From NCBI GenBank assembly GCA_049852185.1, contig CP187540.1: a stretch of 64,000 nt of DNA; one strand, given 5' to 3'. The notes beneath the pieces are model-generated. The model was not told the origin of the DNA. It saw only the letters and a list, made by a program, of their open reading frames with translations, and did not search any database. The DNA is from Methanocaldococcus sp. 28A (GTDB taxonomy: Archaea > AGJL01 > Methanococci > Methanococcales > Methanocaldococcaceae). Below, piece by piece: positions 19,040 to 29,627 of the stretch. A program made the translations under genes and the position numbers. Positions within the stretch are counted from its first letter, which is position 1, and each line of letters begins with the position of its first letter.

Positions 19040-20935
19040 ATGAAGATAGACTATGAAAAAATCGGTTTAAAAGTTGGATTAGAGATTCATCAACAGTTAA
19101 ATACAAAGAGAAAGTTATTCTGCCACTGTCCTACAATTTTAAGAGATGATGAACCAGATGGAGAGATTGTTAGAGTTCTAAGACCTTCGTTGAGTGAGAT
19201 GGGAGAAGTTGATAGAGCGGCTTTAATAGAGGCAAGGAAAGGGAAGAGATTCATTTATCAATATTACAATAACACAACTTGTTTAGTTGAGTTAGATGAA
19301 GAGCCCCCTCATTTACCAAGTGAAGAGGCATTAAAGATAGCGTTAGAAGTGGCTTTATTGATGAATATGAATATAGTTGATGTTGCATACACAATGAGAA
19401 AGATAGTTATTGATGGCTCTAACACATCTGGTTTCCAAAGGACTATATTTTTAGCAAGAGATGGATATATAGAAACATCTGAAGGTAAAGTAGGGATAAC
19501 AAGCTTATGTTTAGAGGAAGACGCGGCAAGAAAGATAGAAGATAGAGGAGATGCTATAGTTTATAACTTAGATAGGTTAGGAATTCCATTGGTAGAAATT
19601 TCAACAGCTCCTGATATAAAAAGTCCTAAAATGGCTAAAGAAGCGGCTAGAAGAATTGGGGAAATATTGAGAGCTACTGGAAAGGTTAAGAGGGGTTTAG
19701 GAACGATAAGGCAAGATATAAATATATCAATTAAAGATGGAGCAAGAATAGAGGTTAAAGGTGTTCAAGACTTAGATTTAATTGAAAAGGTTGTAGAGAA
19801 TGAAGTTATAAGACAACTAAACTTATTAAAGATTAGAGATGAATTAAGAGAAAGAAATGCAGCAGTTGTTGAGAAGATATTTGATGTTACAGAAATATTT
19901 AAAGATTGTAAATCAAAAATTATACAAAACGCTTTAAAGAAAAAGAATGGAAAGGTTAAGGCAGTTTTATTAAAAGGATTTACTGGTTTAGTTGGTAGAG
20001 AGATTCAACCAGGAAGAAGATTAGGAACAGAATTTTCAGATAGAGCTAAGGTTATAGCTGGAGTTGGAGGAATATTCCACACAGATGAATTGCCAAAGTA
20101 TGGTATTACAGAGGAAGATGTTAAAAAACTTAGAGAATTTTTAAATTCAAAGGAAGAAGATGCCATAGTTATAGTTGCAGATGAAGAAAGTAAAGTAGAT
20201 AAAGCATTAGAAGCTGTAATAGAGAGGGCTAAAGAGGCATTAATTGGAGTTCCTGAAGAGACGAGAAGAGCTTTAGAGGATGGAAACACTGCATATTTAA
20301 GACCTCTACCTGGAGCTGCAAGGATGTATCCAGAAACAGATATACCACCAATAACTATAAAGAAAGAGTTTATAGAAGAGATTAAAGCTAATCTGCCAGA
20401 GCTTCCAGAGGAGAAGTTTGAGAGATTTAAGAAAGAATATAAATTAAATGATGAATTAGCTAAAAAGATGGTTTTAAGCTATTATGTTGATTTATTTGAA
20501 GAGCTATGTAAGAAATTTAAAAATATTAAGCCTTCATTGATAGCTACAACATTAGAAAATACATTGAAAGAAATTAAAAGAGAAGGATATAATATTGATA
20601 AATTAGAAGATAAACACTTTGAAGAAACATTTAAAGCTTTATCTGAAGGAAAAATAGCTAAAGAGGGAATTATTGAAGTTTTAAAAGGATTTTGTGAGCA
20701 TCCAGATAAAGGTATAGATGAGATATTAGAGATTAAAGGGCTGAAAGGATTATCAAAAGAAGACGTTGAGAAAATAATAGAAGATATTATTAAAAAACAT
20801 TTAGATGTGGTTAAAGAAAAAGGAGAAAAAGCTTATGGATTTTTAATGGGTAGATGCATGGCTAAGTTGAGAGGAAAAGCTGATGGAAAGCTGGTTAATG
20901 ATATATTAAGGAAAAAGTTAAAGGAATGTTCGTAA
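19040..20935 (+). CDS. gatE: Glu-tRNA(Gln) amidotransferase subunit E
   Basis: GLEIHQQL, DGSNTSGFQRT, RMYPETD. Confidence 0.97.
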   Translation: MKIDYEKIGLKVGLEIHQQLNTKRKLFCHCPTILRDDEPDGEIVRVLRPSLSEMGEVDRAALIEARKGKRFIYQYYNNTTCLVELDEEPPHLPSEEALKIALEVALLMNMNIVDVAYTMRKIVIDGSNTSGFQRTIFLARDGYIETSEGKVGITSLCLEEDAARKIEDRGDAIVYNLDRLGIPLVEISTAPDIKSPKMAKEAARRIGEILRATGKVKRGLGTIRQDINISIKDGARIEVKGVQDLDLIEKVVENEVIRQLNLLKIRDELRERNAAVVEKIFDVTEIFKDCKSKIIQNALKKKNGKVKAVLLKGFTGLVGREIQPGRRLGTEFSDRAKVIAGVGGIFHTDELPKYGITEEDVKKLREFLNSKEEDAIVIVADEESKVDKALEAVIERAKEALIGVPEETRRALEDGNTAYLRPLPGAARMYPETDIPPITIKKEFIEEIKANLPELPEEKFERFKKEYKLNDELAKKMVLSYYVDLFEELCKKFKNIKPSLIATTLENTLKEIKREGYNIDKLEDKHFEETFKALSEGKIAKEGIIEVLKGFCEHPDKGIDEILEIKGLKGLSKEDVEKIIEDIIKKHLDVVKEKGEKAYGFLMGRCMAKLRGKADGKLVNDILRKKLKECS

Positions 20936-20952
20936 TTAGTTCTACCTACTTT

Positions 20953-21969
20953 TTATCTATTGAGTAATATTGTTATATTGCTATAATATTCTCCGTTTAT
21001 ATAACTATTTACAACATTAATTTTTGCATTTGCTCCAGATACATCAATATTTGCTGAATTTATTGTTGAATTTATTATGTAAATCTTTCCTTCGTTCCAC
21101 CCACTATTACCTCCAACTGCCTTTAATGTTGCAGAATCAATATAGCAGTTTATAATATATACATTTGATGAAGACCCTCCTCCAAGACTTTTAATAATGG
21201 CGTTTGTTATATTGACTCCATAAAGATACACGTGACCATTTCCTGTTACTAATACCTTCAAATTCTCAATTTTTTTCACATTGTGGATAGTAACATTCGC
21301 CCCTCCACTGATATGGTTAAACTTTAAATAATCAACTGTTCCATTTACTGAATACTCTTCTACGTTAGAATGTCCTGCAATAGTTTTACCATGTCCATAG
21401 ATTATGTTATTTGAGTTATTGACTATCACTCCATCATTAAGAATGTATAATGTCCCATGTCCTGAAATATGTATTTTAATAAAATTAATTACTCCTCCCT
21501 TATTCTGATTATTATAATCCCCAGTATCACTCTCAGTTTCGTTAGTAGTGTTCTGTTGCTTCTGTTTATATATATTTTTATATATATTTTTACTTTCATT
21601 TATATTCTCATTTTTATTTACTTCTGTATTAGTATTTTCATATTTATTAATTAAGATGTTCTGATTATTATAATCCCCAGTATCACTCTCAGTTTCATTA
21701 GTAATGTTCTGTTGCTGCTGTTCATCTGTATTTTCACTTTCATTTAAAGCCTCTGGAACTGTATTCTCATTTTTATTAAATTGTGCCTTTTCAACAAATA
21801 AGCCCATAACATCTTTTTTAATATCTGAAGATTCATTTCCAGTGAATTTTGGGCTTTTTTCAGCTAATTGTAAAGTTACAGAAGCACCTGCAATTAATAC
21901 TCCTAAAATCAATAAAATAAACTCCAAAGATAGTTGTCCTCTTTTTTTAAAAATTGACATATACACCAC
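20953..21969 (-). CDS. Class III signal peptide (pilin-like) protein with low-complexity linker and beta-solenoid-like C-terminus
   Basis: KKRG/QLSLEF plus hydrophobic helix; N/Q/E-rich duplicated linker; G-rich repeated beta strands. Confidence 0.8.
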   Translation of the reverse strand: MVYMSIFKKRGQLSLEFILLILGVLIAGASVTLQLAEKSPKFTGNESSDIKKDVMGLFVEKAQFNKNENTVPEALNESENTDEQQQQNITNETESDTGDYNNQNILINKYENTNTEVNKNENINESKNIYKNIYKQKQQNTTNETESDTGDYNNQNKGGVINFIKIHISGHGTLYILNDGVIVNNSNNIIYGHGKTIAGHSNVEEYSVNGTVDYLKFNHISGGANVTIHNVKKIENLKVLVTGNGHVYLYGVNITNAIIKSLGGGSSSNVYIINCYIDSATLKAVGGNSGWNEGKIYIINSTINSANIDVSGANAKINVVNSYINGEYYSNITILLNR

Positions 21970-22037
21970 CTAATATAAAATTTTTACCTACTATTATTAT
22001 ATTTTTTTTCCAAATTTATATATTTTATCCATTTGAA

Positions 22038-22826
22038 GCGTGTGTCTAAAATCGAGTAATATTTATATATTAATATAACTACAAAATAAAAAAATATAGT
22101 AACGAAAAGATGGAACTCTAAGATATATGATATAAACGAGATATTAGAAGTTTTTTATGAGATTAGGATATTAAATTACCCAAAGGATTGAAACCAAGAA
22201 AATATACTATCGAAATATTACGTAAAGTTTCTGTTGTTAAGGAGTTTTTAGGAATATCGTTAAGAACGATGGAAAACTTGACAGAGATGTTTATTGACCA
22301 TTCAGTAATCCATTACTGGGAAAAGAAAATTCTTAGGAAGTTATGAAATTTAGATTATGAGAGGACATTTATCGACTCAACAAAGTTTTCGAATAAAGCA
22401 GGAGAATTGATAAAAATACATGCTATAACTCGTTACGATTCAGAAAATAAAACATTATTTCCAATATCTATAGGATTAGATAAATCGGACTTAGAGTTTG
22501 CTTATGGAGAGGGATATTTTTATAATTATGAGAAATACGATGACAAGGATACGCTAAATAAAATTGTTAAATTCAACTACAAGCCAATAATAAAGAAAAC
22601 GAAAAGAGGTTAAGGGCTATGGTGCTAAAATTAGGGATAAAATCTTCGATAAAAAAGAATATAATAAAAGAGGAATATGCGAGAGTTTATTCGGAGCTTT
22701 AACCAACAGATTCGGAGATAAATTGAATACTTTCTTAACATCAACTTCTATTACTCGAATCGCTATCTGGGTTTGCATATATTCTTTAATGAGGTATCGT
22801 ATGTAAGTCCTATTTTAGACACACTC
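22038..22826 (+). mobile_element. IS5-family-like element with pseudogenised transposase, 789 bp
   Basis: 15-bp TIR (G[C/A]GTGTGTCTAAAAT, 14/15); 10-bp TSD TCCATTTGAA (22028-37, 22827-36); peptides IDHSVIH, FIDSTK, KRGICESLFG. Confidence 0.85.
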
Positions 22827-22836
22827 TCCATTTGAA

Positions 22837-23060
22837 TAGGTATTTATGTGTCTAAAACAAGATGGTATATACAATCTTATTCCTAAAAAGTATATGAAAA
22901 TTTTGCTCGAATAAACTAAATATTTTGGTTAATGGGAGTAAATAGTTATTACTGGGATTAAAACTAAAATTTGAAAGAGTTTGATTCAATTTAAAAAATT
23001 ATGCTGAAAGTTCCTTTTTTTAAGTAGAAAAAGAATAATGCCTAATTTTTAACAGTCATT
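22837..23060 (+). mobile_element. IS6-family remnant (3' part)
   Basis: TAGGTATTTATGTGTCTAAAACAAG matches the IS6 remnant near 8460-8484 (GIYVS.TR), followed by degraded IS6-like C-terminal sequence. Confidence 0.6.
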
Positions 23061-23170
23061 AGTTGACTTGAAGATTTCTTCGCCCTATATAATTGGCTCT
23101 TAACCTTGGTCTTGATAGGTTCTATAGTGAAAAGGATTTATAATGAAAAAGCATTGATAAATATCTTCCA

Positions 23171-23266
23171 AAAAAAACCTTTATAAGGACAATTTGAATG
23201 CCTTCCTTATGGAGGGCATTCACTAATTCCTTATCTTATTTAAGATAGTTTTGCACACAACTATAA
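23171..23266 (+). repeat. Repeat family A, copy 2 (left TIR lost)
   Basis: TTATAAGGACAATTTGAATGCCTTCC..GCATTCA...TTTTGCACACAACTATAA. Confidence 0.85.
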
Positions 23267-23370
23267 TTTTTCTTATAAAGTTTATTTTTTGCATAAACCA
23301 TAGGTAATTTAACGATATTCTTATATATTAATTCTACTAATATATAAATTGATGTTTGTAGGGGATAAAT

Positions 23371-23802
23371 ATGATTAAATTAAAAAAAAGAGGACAAATA
23401 TCAATTGATTTTATACTTGCAGTATTATTTTTAATGTTAGTCTCACTATTTATATTTTATAATATATCTCTCTTTAATAATGGCTCTATAGAAGCATTAA
23501 TAGCGGATAGAATGTATAGCATAGCAGATACATTTGAAAATTATGCACTTCTTTCTTATACAAAAAATGAAGAAATAAACCTCTATTTAAAGCCTGTTGG
23601 GGTTAAAAATTATACTATTTATTTTGGAAATAAAAAAATAGTTGTTAATACAACGAGGATTATTACTTTTATACCTAATGGAAATGGTGTCATTGTTGAA
23701 GGAGTAGAGAACTCTACTATATTACTTCCAAATAATATTATTAAAATAGAATATGGTAATAATAAATATATTGAAAAAAACCTTTCAATAAATCTATATT
23801 AA
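23371..23802 (+). CDS. Class III signal peptide (pilin-like) protein
   Basis: KKRG/QISIDF plus hydrophobic helix. Confidence 0.85.
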   Translation: MIKLKKRGQISIDFILAVLFLMLVSLFIFYNISLFNNGSIEALIADRMYSIADTFENYALLSYTKNEEINLYLKPVGVKNYTIYFGNKKIVVNTTRIITFIPNGNGVIVEGVENSTILLPNNIIKIEYGNNKYIEKNLSINLY

Positions 23803-23803
23803 G

Positions 23804-26800
23804 GTGGGTAATATGAGAATAAATTATAGGTTAGTATTCATTCTACTACTATTAAAATTTTTACTATCTTCTTTTGGGGATGTCTTATGGATTCATCCAA
23901 ATAGTATGAACATATCAAATAGTTCTGGATATATTAGTGTAAATACTACCTTAACTTTTGAAGCTTTAGCATCTAATATCAGTATAGCCCAAGCTATATT
24001 AAATGATGGAGTCGTTAAGTGGGACTTTGGAGATTTAAATGAAACAGATTATGGTCCTAATAAAATAGTTACTCATAAATATAGCTTTCCATTTCCATAT
24101 CCAGTAGCATGGTGTGGATATTTAAATGATACAGGATATTCGAAGGCACTTACATACAATTGGCTTATTGTAGGGAGTATTTATAATACAACATATATTT
24201 TTAATGGTAGTCCTTTAAATTCAAAGACTAATTGGAATGTTTATTATAACGCAACTAATAACACTGTAATAATAAATTATTATTTCCCTACGAAAATAAA
24301 TAAGACATTTTATGGTTTAAGTGTTGATACTCAAGAAGTTTTTGTAAATGTTAGCAGAGATGAGATTGTACCAGGAGATAGTGTTGTGTTCAATTTTTCA
24401 ACCAATGAACCAATAATATTTTGTGTATGGTGCTTTGGAGATGGCACATTTTCTTTTGAAAAATCTCCAACCCATACATATAATGAACCAGGAATTTACT
24501 ATCCAAGAGTTTTATTGGTTAATGAGTATGGAAAAGTTTTAGTAGGTTATTTAGATGAAGGTATCAAAGTAAATAAACCCATGGGAGGATATTTTGAACC
24601 AATAAGAAATGAAAACTATGTCTATAACTCTTCAGGAGCTGAAAATGTTGAAGATATATATGCAATGGCATATAAAGTTAATGATACTATATATTTTGAA
24701 CCATATATATTTTCAGGTACAATAAAATATGATTATGGAGATGGCACAGAAACGGATTATATTAATTATATCACACCAAATAATTATATAAACACTCCAT
24801 TTAATCATACCTATTCTTATCCATTTATTTATCCTATTTGTTGGATGTATTATGACCCATATTCATCCTCATATACAGCATTTTCGGCTACTTTAGATTA
24901 TTTAGTAATTGGAGATGTAGGAAATACTATTTATGAATTTATTCCTAATGATACTTATACATCTAAGCCAAAAGTGGTTTATGATTCCACTAATCATACA
25001 GTTAAATTTTATTTCTATTCAGAGAACATTAATAAAACAGTAACTTTAAAGTTAAAGCAGAAGGTTCATTATGATGTATTAGTCTATGCTAAGGAAGTAA
25101 ATGGAAGTATACAATATAGTTTTGACTATCCATACGGAAAACCTGTCTTTGTATTTTGGAGCTTTGGAGATGGAACTTATTCATTAAACAATAGTCCAGT
25201 GCATACTTATCCAAATGATGGCATAGATTACCAAGCACATGTTTTAATAGTTGATGAAAATGGAGTAGTTTCAGTAGGTTTTGGACCTGTAATAAAGAAT
25301 AATAAAATTATAGCTACTATGTTATATGTGGAACCTACCTTCATACCTGTAAATGGAACAGTTAATGTAACATATTTTGATCCAATTGTAGGATATTCTA
25401 TATATACTAACTATCCTCTTACTTTAAGTAATTATTTAGACTTATATATTGAGAATTATGCTTATATACCCTTATATGAGTCATTATGTTATCATAACTA
25501 TATTTATTACTGGCGGAGATTTATAATAGGTGATTACTGGGATGTAACTAATTATAATATCTATCCAGGTTTTGTTGAATATATTACTCATTATTGGAAC
25601 ATAGATAATAGTACCTTAACTATAATGTATAAATTTTTAAAAGAAGGAATCTACTATATTAAAGGATATGATGATGCTGGACAATTTGTCCCAAGAATGA
25701 TAAAAGTCATCAATAATCACAACCCTGTAGCTATATTATATGTTTATCCAAATCCTGCAAGTTACAACACTACTGTATTTTTCAACCCATTAAATAGCTA
25801 TGATCCTGATGCGGGTAGAACATTGTCCGATGGTTCTGGATACGTAATATCCCCAGACGAACCTTATGCAAGAATATATGGATTTAATTTAACTGTATAT
25901 AACTCTTCAGGGGATGTCGTATGGAATTATACATCAAGTGAATTAACTGTAATTTATCATAAATTCCCTGTAGGTAATTACACAGCAGTATTAACTGTTT
26001 GGGATGGATGGGGTAAAACAAATTCCACAAATGTTACATTTGAAGTTATAAATCAACCGCCAGTGGCGAATTTCATATACTCTCCAGAATATCCAAAAGT
26101 TAATGAAACGGTAACATTCAATGCTCTACCTTCATATGACCCTGATGGAAGAATTGTAAAATATGTATGGAATTTTGGAGATGGTTCAACATTAACTACA
26201 AATATTTCAATTGTTACCCATACCTATACAAAACCTGGAATATATAATGTAACATTAACAGTATATGATAATCTAAATGCATCAAGTTCTATATCAAAGA
26301 ATATAACTGTATATTACCTTAAAGTAGATTTCGAATGTCCTAATGTAGCAAAAGTTAATACACCAATAAACTTTATAGATAAATCAGTATCAGAGCCTGT
26401 AAATATTGTAAAATGGTTATGGAACTTTGGAGATGGAAGTACTTCAAATGAACAGAATCCTACACATGTATATTCAAAAGAAGGAACTTATACTGTGACG
26501 CTGACTGTATGGAACCAATTAGGTATTAGTGCTCAAAAATCTAAAATAATAATTATAGGAAATACAAACTATCCACCAATTGCAAAATTCAATTTTACAG
26601 TTAATGGATTAAATGTAACCTTCGACGCTTCAAGCTCTTATGATATAGATGGAGAAATTGTAGAATACATCTGGGACTTTGGAGATGGAAGTAGTATAAC
26701 AACAACTAATCCAATAACATCACACAAATATGCAAAAAGTGGAATATACACAGTTAAATTGACTGTTGTAGATAATAATGGAAACAAAGGTTCAACAGTA

Positions 26801-26917
26801 AGATTAGTTTCTGTTAGTGCTACAGAAAAAAACGTCCCAATCCCTATATCAGTTGAAATCCTCACTTTAATTACAACTTTATTGATAATAAACTACATTA
26901 TGAGGAGATTCACATGA
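23804..26917 (+). CDS. Multi-PKD-domain surface protein with PIP-CTERM sorting signal
   Basis: Signal peptide, repeated W.FGDG motifs, many N-x-S/T sites, C-terminal VPIP-TM-RR. Confidence 0.92.
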   Translation: MGNMRINYRLVFILLLLKFLLSSFGDVLWIHPNSMNISNSSGYISVNTTLTFEALASNISIAQAILNDGVVKWDFGDLNETDYGPNKIVTHKYSFPFPYPVAWCGYLNDTGYSKALTYNWLIVGSIYNTTYIFNGSPLNSKTNWNVYYNATNNTVIINYYFPTKINKTFYGLSVDTQEVFVNVSRDEIVPGDSVVFNFSTNEPIIFCVWCFGDGTFSFEKSPTHTYNEPGIYYPRVLLVNEYGKVLVGYLDEGIKVNKPMGGYFEPIRNENYVYNSSGAENVEDIYAMAYKVNDTIYFEPYIFSGTIKYDYGDGTETDYINYITPNNYINTPFNHTYSYPFIYPICWMYYDPYSSSYTAFSATLDYLVIGDVGNTIYEFIPNDTYTSKPKVVYDSTNHTVKFYFYSENINKTVTLKLKQKVHYDVLVYAKEVNGSIQYSFDYPYGKPVFVFWSFGDGTYSLNNSPVHTYPNDGIDYQAHVLIVDENGVVSVGFGPVIKNNKIIATMLYVEPTFIPVNGTVNVTYFDPIVGYSIYTNYPLTLSNYLDLYIENYAYIPLYESLCYHNYIYYWRRFIIGDYWDVTNYNIYPGFVEYITHYWNIDNSTLTIMYKFLKEGIYYIKGYDDAGQFVPRMIKVINNHNPVAILYVYPNPASYNTTVFFNPLNSYDPDAGRTLSDGSGYVISPDEPYARIYGFNLTVYNSSGDVVWNYTSSELTVIYHKFPVGNYTAVLTVWDGWGKTNSTNVTFEVINQPPVANFIYSPEYPKVNETVTFNALPSYDPDGRIVKYVWNFGDGSTLTTNISIVTHTYTKPGIYNVTLTVYDNLNASSSISKNITVYYLKVDFECPNVAKVNTPINFIDKSVSEPVNIVKWLWNFGDGSTSNEQNPTHVYSKEGTYTVTLTVWNQLGISAQKSKIIIIGNTNYPPIAKFNFTVNGLNVTFDASSSYDIDGEIVEYIWDFGDGSSITTTNPITSHKYAKSGIYTVKLTVVDNNGNKGSTVRLVSVSATEKNVPIPISVEILTLITTLLIINYIMRRFT

Positions 26918-27135
26918 AAAAAATGCTCTCAAATAGGGGTCAAATAACTTTAGAATTTGCTTTATTGTTAGCTGGAATTGTAGCTGTAGTAGCAATTATT
27001 GGATTTTATTATTTAAAAAGTATAAAATCCTCTTCAGCCTCTGCTAAAAGTTCAAATATAAAAACTACTACCACAGCTGATAATAACGTTCTTGGACAGG
27101 TAGATAAAGTAAAAGAGGTTACAGCAAATGGATAA
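26914..27135 (+). CDS. Small class III signal peptide pilin-like protein
   Basis: SNRG/QITLEF plus hydrophobic helix, 73 aa. Confidence 0.88.
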   Translation: MKKMLSNRGQITLEFALLLAGIVAVVAIIGFYYLKSIKSSSASAKSSNIKTTTTADNNVLGQVDKVKEVTANG

Positions 27136-27589
27136 TAAAAGATACTTATTAAATTTCTTTATTTTATTAGTTTTGATATATCTTTTTTTGAAAAATTTTG
27201 AAATAGAAATTGCTAAAATACTAACCATTATTATCGGAAATTTACTAAAAATTCCTTATTTTGAAAATAAACTTATTTATAATAAAGAAATATTTTCAAT
27301 AAATCCTGCATGTACATGCTCTTTTGAAATTGCTCTATTTTTGGCTTATGTACTTGCTACACCAAAAGTCCCTATTAAATATAAATTAACATATTCTATT
27401 ATTGGAATGTTAATTATAAACATTACAAACATATTGAGGATAATTTTTATTTTAAAAAACTCATACTTGACAAATTACAAGATTATCCATAATTTAATAA
27501 GCTTTATAATCTTTCCAGTAGCGTTAATTTTAAATCTCATATGGGTTAAGATATTATTAAAGATTGGAGTAGTTAAACAAAATAAATAA
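27128..27589 (+). CDS. artD: Archaeosortase (ArtD type)
   Basis: INPACTC (Cys), NILRI (Arg), IHN (His) exosortase-family triad; two genes from a PIP-CTERM protein. Confidence 0.8.
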   Translation: MDNKRYLLNFFILLVLIYLFLKNFEIEIAKILTIIIGNLLKIPYFENKLIYNKEIFSINPACTCSFEIALFLAYVLATPKVPIKYKLTYSIIGMLIINITNILRIIFILKNSYLTNYKIIHNLISFIIFPVALILNLIWVKILLKIGVVKQNK

Positions 27590-27636
27590 AATTATTTAAT
27601 TAATAAAATAAACAACCATTAAATTGGGAGATTCTT

Positions 27637-28497
27637 ATGATAATAAAAAAAATTAAATCAAATAAAGGTTATGTATTTACTTATGAGGCATTAATTGTTG
27701 CTTTTATTTTTGTAAGTATATTTTATATTGGATATATGACCTATAGTTATAACTTAGGGACAGCAATAGAAGAAAAAAGAGATATTGAACAATTTCACAA
27801 ATCTTTATTATTAAAAGATTTATTCCTAAAAAAATATGAGTTTCCTGGAAACTATAGTGAAGATTATATTCAAAATTTTACATCTGAATTAAACTTACAA
27901 GAAAAAACATTCGACCCAATTAATAATTTCAGTAATGATTCTGGAAAATTTTATTTTATAATTCATCCTAATGAGTATGATAAACTGTTAGATAATGCAA
28001 ACATTCCATTAAATAACATAACATTAACATTTAATAACGGAGAAACTTTTAAAATATATTCTAATGTTAGTGGTAATTGTAGCCAACCTGGAACTTTAAA
28101 CGGTTATACAATAATCACTTTTAAAGAAAATGTATATATTCCAAAGATTACAGGAATTACTAAAAATACAAAGGAAATAGAACTATATGGATGTAATGGA
28201 GACCATATTTATTTTAAAGTGAATGAGAATGTAACTAATTTTTCAGCAAGATTACTTAATACTACAAATAATGAGAATGTAACAATCAGTATAAATGGAG
28301 TTTTATATGAGATTACCTTAAATAATTCTGAAAAATCAATAAATTGCACTCAAAATATTAAAATAAATGATATAAATAATATAAGAATATTAAATAGTCC
28401 TTCAGTAGTAGAATTCTACATAACTACTCAAAATAATGCTAACTTTTACTATCTAACTTTATCTCCAAGGAATGTTACTATTATGGTGAAACCATGA
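27637..28497 (+). CDS. Pilin-like secreted protein (class III-like signal)
   Basis: SNKG/YVFTYE plus TM helix. Confidence 0.75.
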   Translation: MIIKKIKSNKGYVFTYEALIVAFIFVSIFYIGYMTYSYNLGTAIEEKRDIEQFHKSLLLKDLFLKKYEFPGNYSEDYIQNFTSELNLQEKTFDPINNFSNDSGKFYFIIHPNEYDKLLDNANIPLNNITLTFNNGETFKIYSNVSGNCSQPGTLNGYTIITFKENVYIPKITGITKNTKEIELYGCNGDHIYFKVNENVTNFSARLLNTTNNENVTISINGVLYEITLNNSEKSINCTQNIKINDINNIRILNSPSVVEFYITTQNNANFYYLTLSPRNVTIMVKP

Positions 28498-29018
28498 TTA
28501 ACTCCTTAGATTTAACTATAGGTACTATTATTTTAATTATTGGTATGGCTTACTGGACTACTTCAGTTATTGAACATAACAACAATTATATGGATGCTGT
28601 TAAATCAGAATATTTATTTGACAAGGGAATTAGTACTATGGAAAAATTATCACAAGATGGCACATTACAGGATGCTGTCCTATTGTATTATTTTAATAAA
28701 TCCGAAGAGGCTAAAAAGCTTTTAGAGGAAAATATACCATTAGATGACTATATGATTTATATTGATAATAATTTATTAATTAATCATTCTAAGACTACAA
28801 CAAAAAATTATATAGTTGTTATAGCAGTTTTAACATTAAATAGAAGTGAAGGATGGTATGTTATATATGGAAATAGTAGTGAAATCCATATATCTGATAG
28901 AAGATTTATGAATTATGATGAAGCATACAATAATTTTAGAAGTTATACCATAGATTTACCTGTTTATTTATCAAAAAGTATAACATCTTCAAAAGTCAAA
29001 TTATATGTAATGGGATAA
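28494..29018 (+). CDS. Pilus-cluster membrane-anchored protein
   Basis: N-terminal hydrophobic helix, ATGA-coupled to upstream gene. Confidence 0.7.
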   Translation: MINSLDLTIGTIILIIGMAYWTTSVIEHNNNYMDAVKSEYLFDKGISTMEKLSQDGTLQDAVLLYYFNKSEEAKKLLEENIPLDDYMIYIDNNLLINHSKTTTKNYIVVIAVLTLNRSEGWYVIYGNSSEIHISDRRFMNYDEAYNNFRSYTIDLPVYLSKSITSSKVKLYVMG

Positions 29019-29036
29019 TTTAGTTAGGTGATTCTT

Positions 29037-29627
29037 ATGTATTTTTCACAGAATGCTATAATATTAGTTTTATTAATGTTTGTAACATCTTCAATATATT
29101 ATGCTACACTACAATATGAAACTAAAGCTGTAGAAGATGAGATTAAAATAAAAAAATTCAGTTTATATGAAAAAAATTTGAGAAATACCTTAGAAAGGAA
29201 TATTGATAAAATTGTTAATGATGCATTTATAAATGCAAGCTATAAAATAATGAGTGAAAAAAAGTTCTTTAATACCTCAGATGATGCAAAAGAATATATT
29301 ATATCCTATAGAATAAATGAAACTAATAAGACATTGTTATGCTTAAATGATAATATAAATATTATATATCAAATTAAAGATGTAACAATAACTAACACAA
29401 CTAATCCTTTTATTATGCACATTGATATGAACATTGACTTAATATATACAAAAACATTAAATAATGTAGTAATACAAGCTACTAAAACAATAACTATTAA
29501 CAAAAATATTAAATTATCAAGAATTCCAGACCCTTATGTATATGTTAATTATGGAAAAGCTCAATACTACAATGGAACATATCCAATATTTAACTTATTT
29601 GCTAATGAAACTAATACTACCTCCTAA
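29037..29627 (+). CDS. Pilus-cluster membrane-anchored protein (possibly C-terminally shortened)
   Basis: GGTGA RBS, N-terminal TM, IPDPYVY motif near the end; overlaps metE stop. Confidence 0.65.
   Translation: MYFSQNAIILVLLMFVTSSIYYATLQYETKAVEDEIKIKKFSLYEKNLRNTLERNIDKIVNDAFINASYKIMSEKKFFNTSDDAKEYIISYRINETNKTLLCLNDNINIIYQIKDVTITNTTNPFIMHIDMNIDLIYTKTLNNVVIQATKTITINKNIKLSRIPDPYVYVNYGKAQYYNGTYPIFNLFANETNTTS

Noticed and set aside
22407-22613. 68-aa hypothetical protein
   Set aside because: Internal fragment of the broken IS5-like transposase
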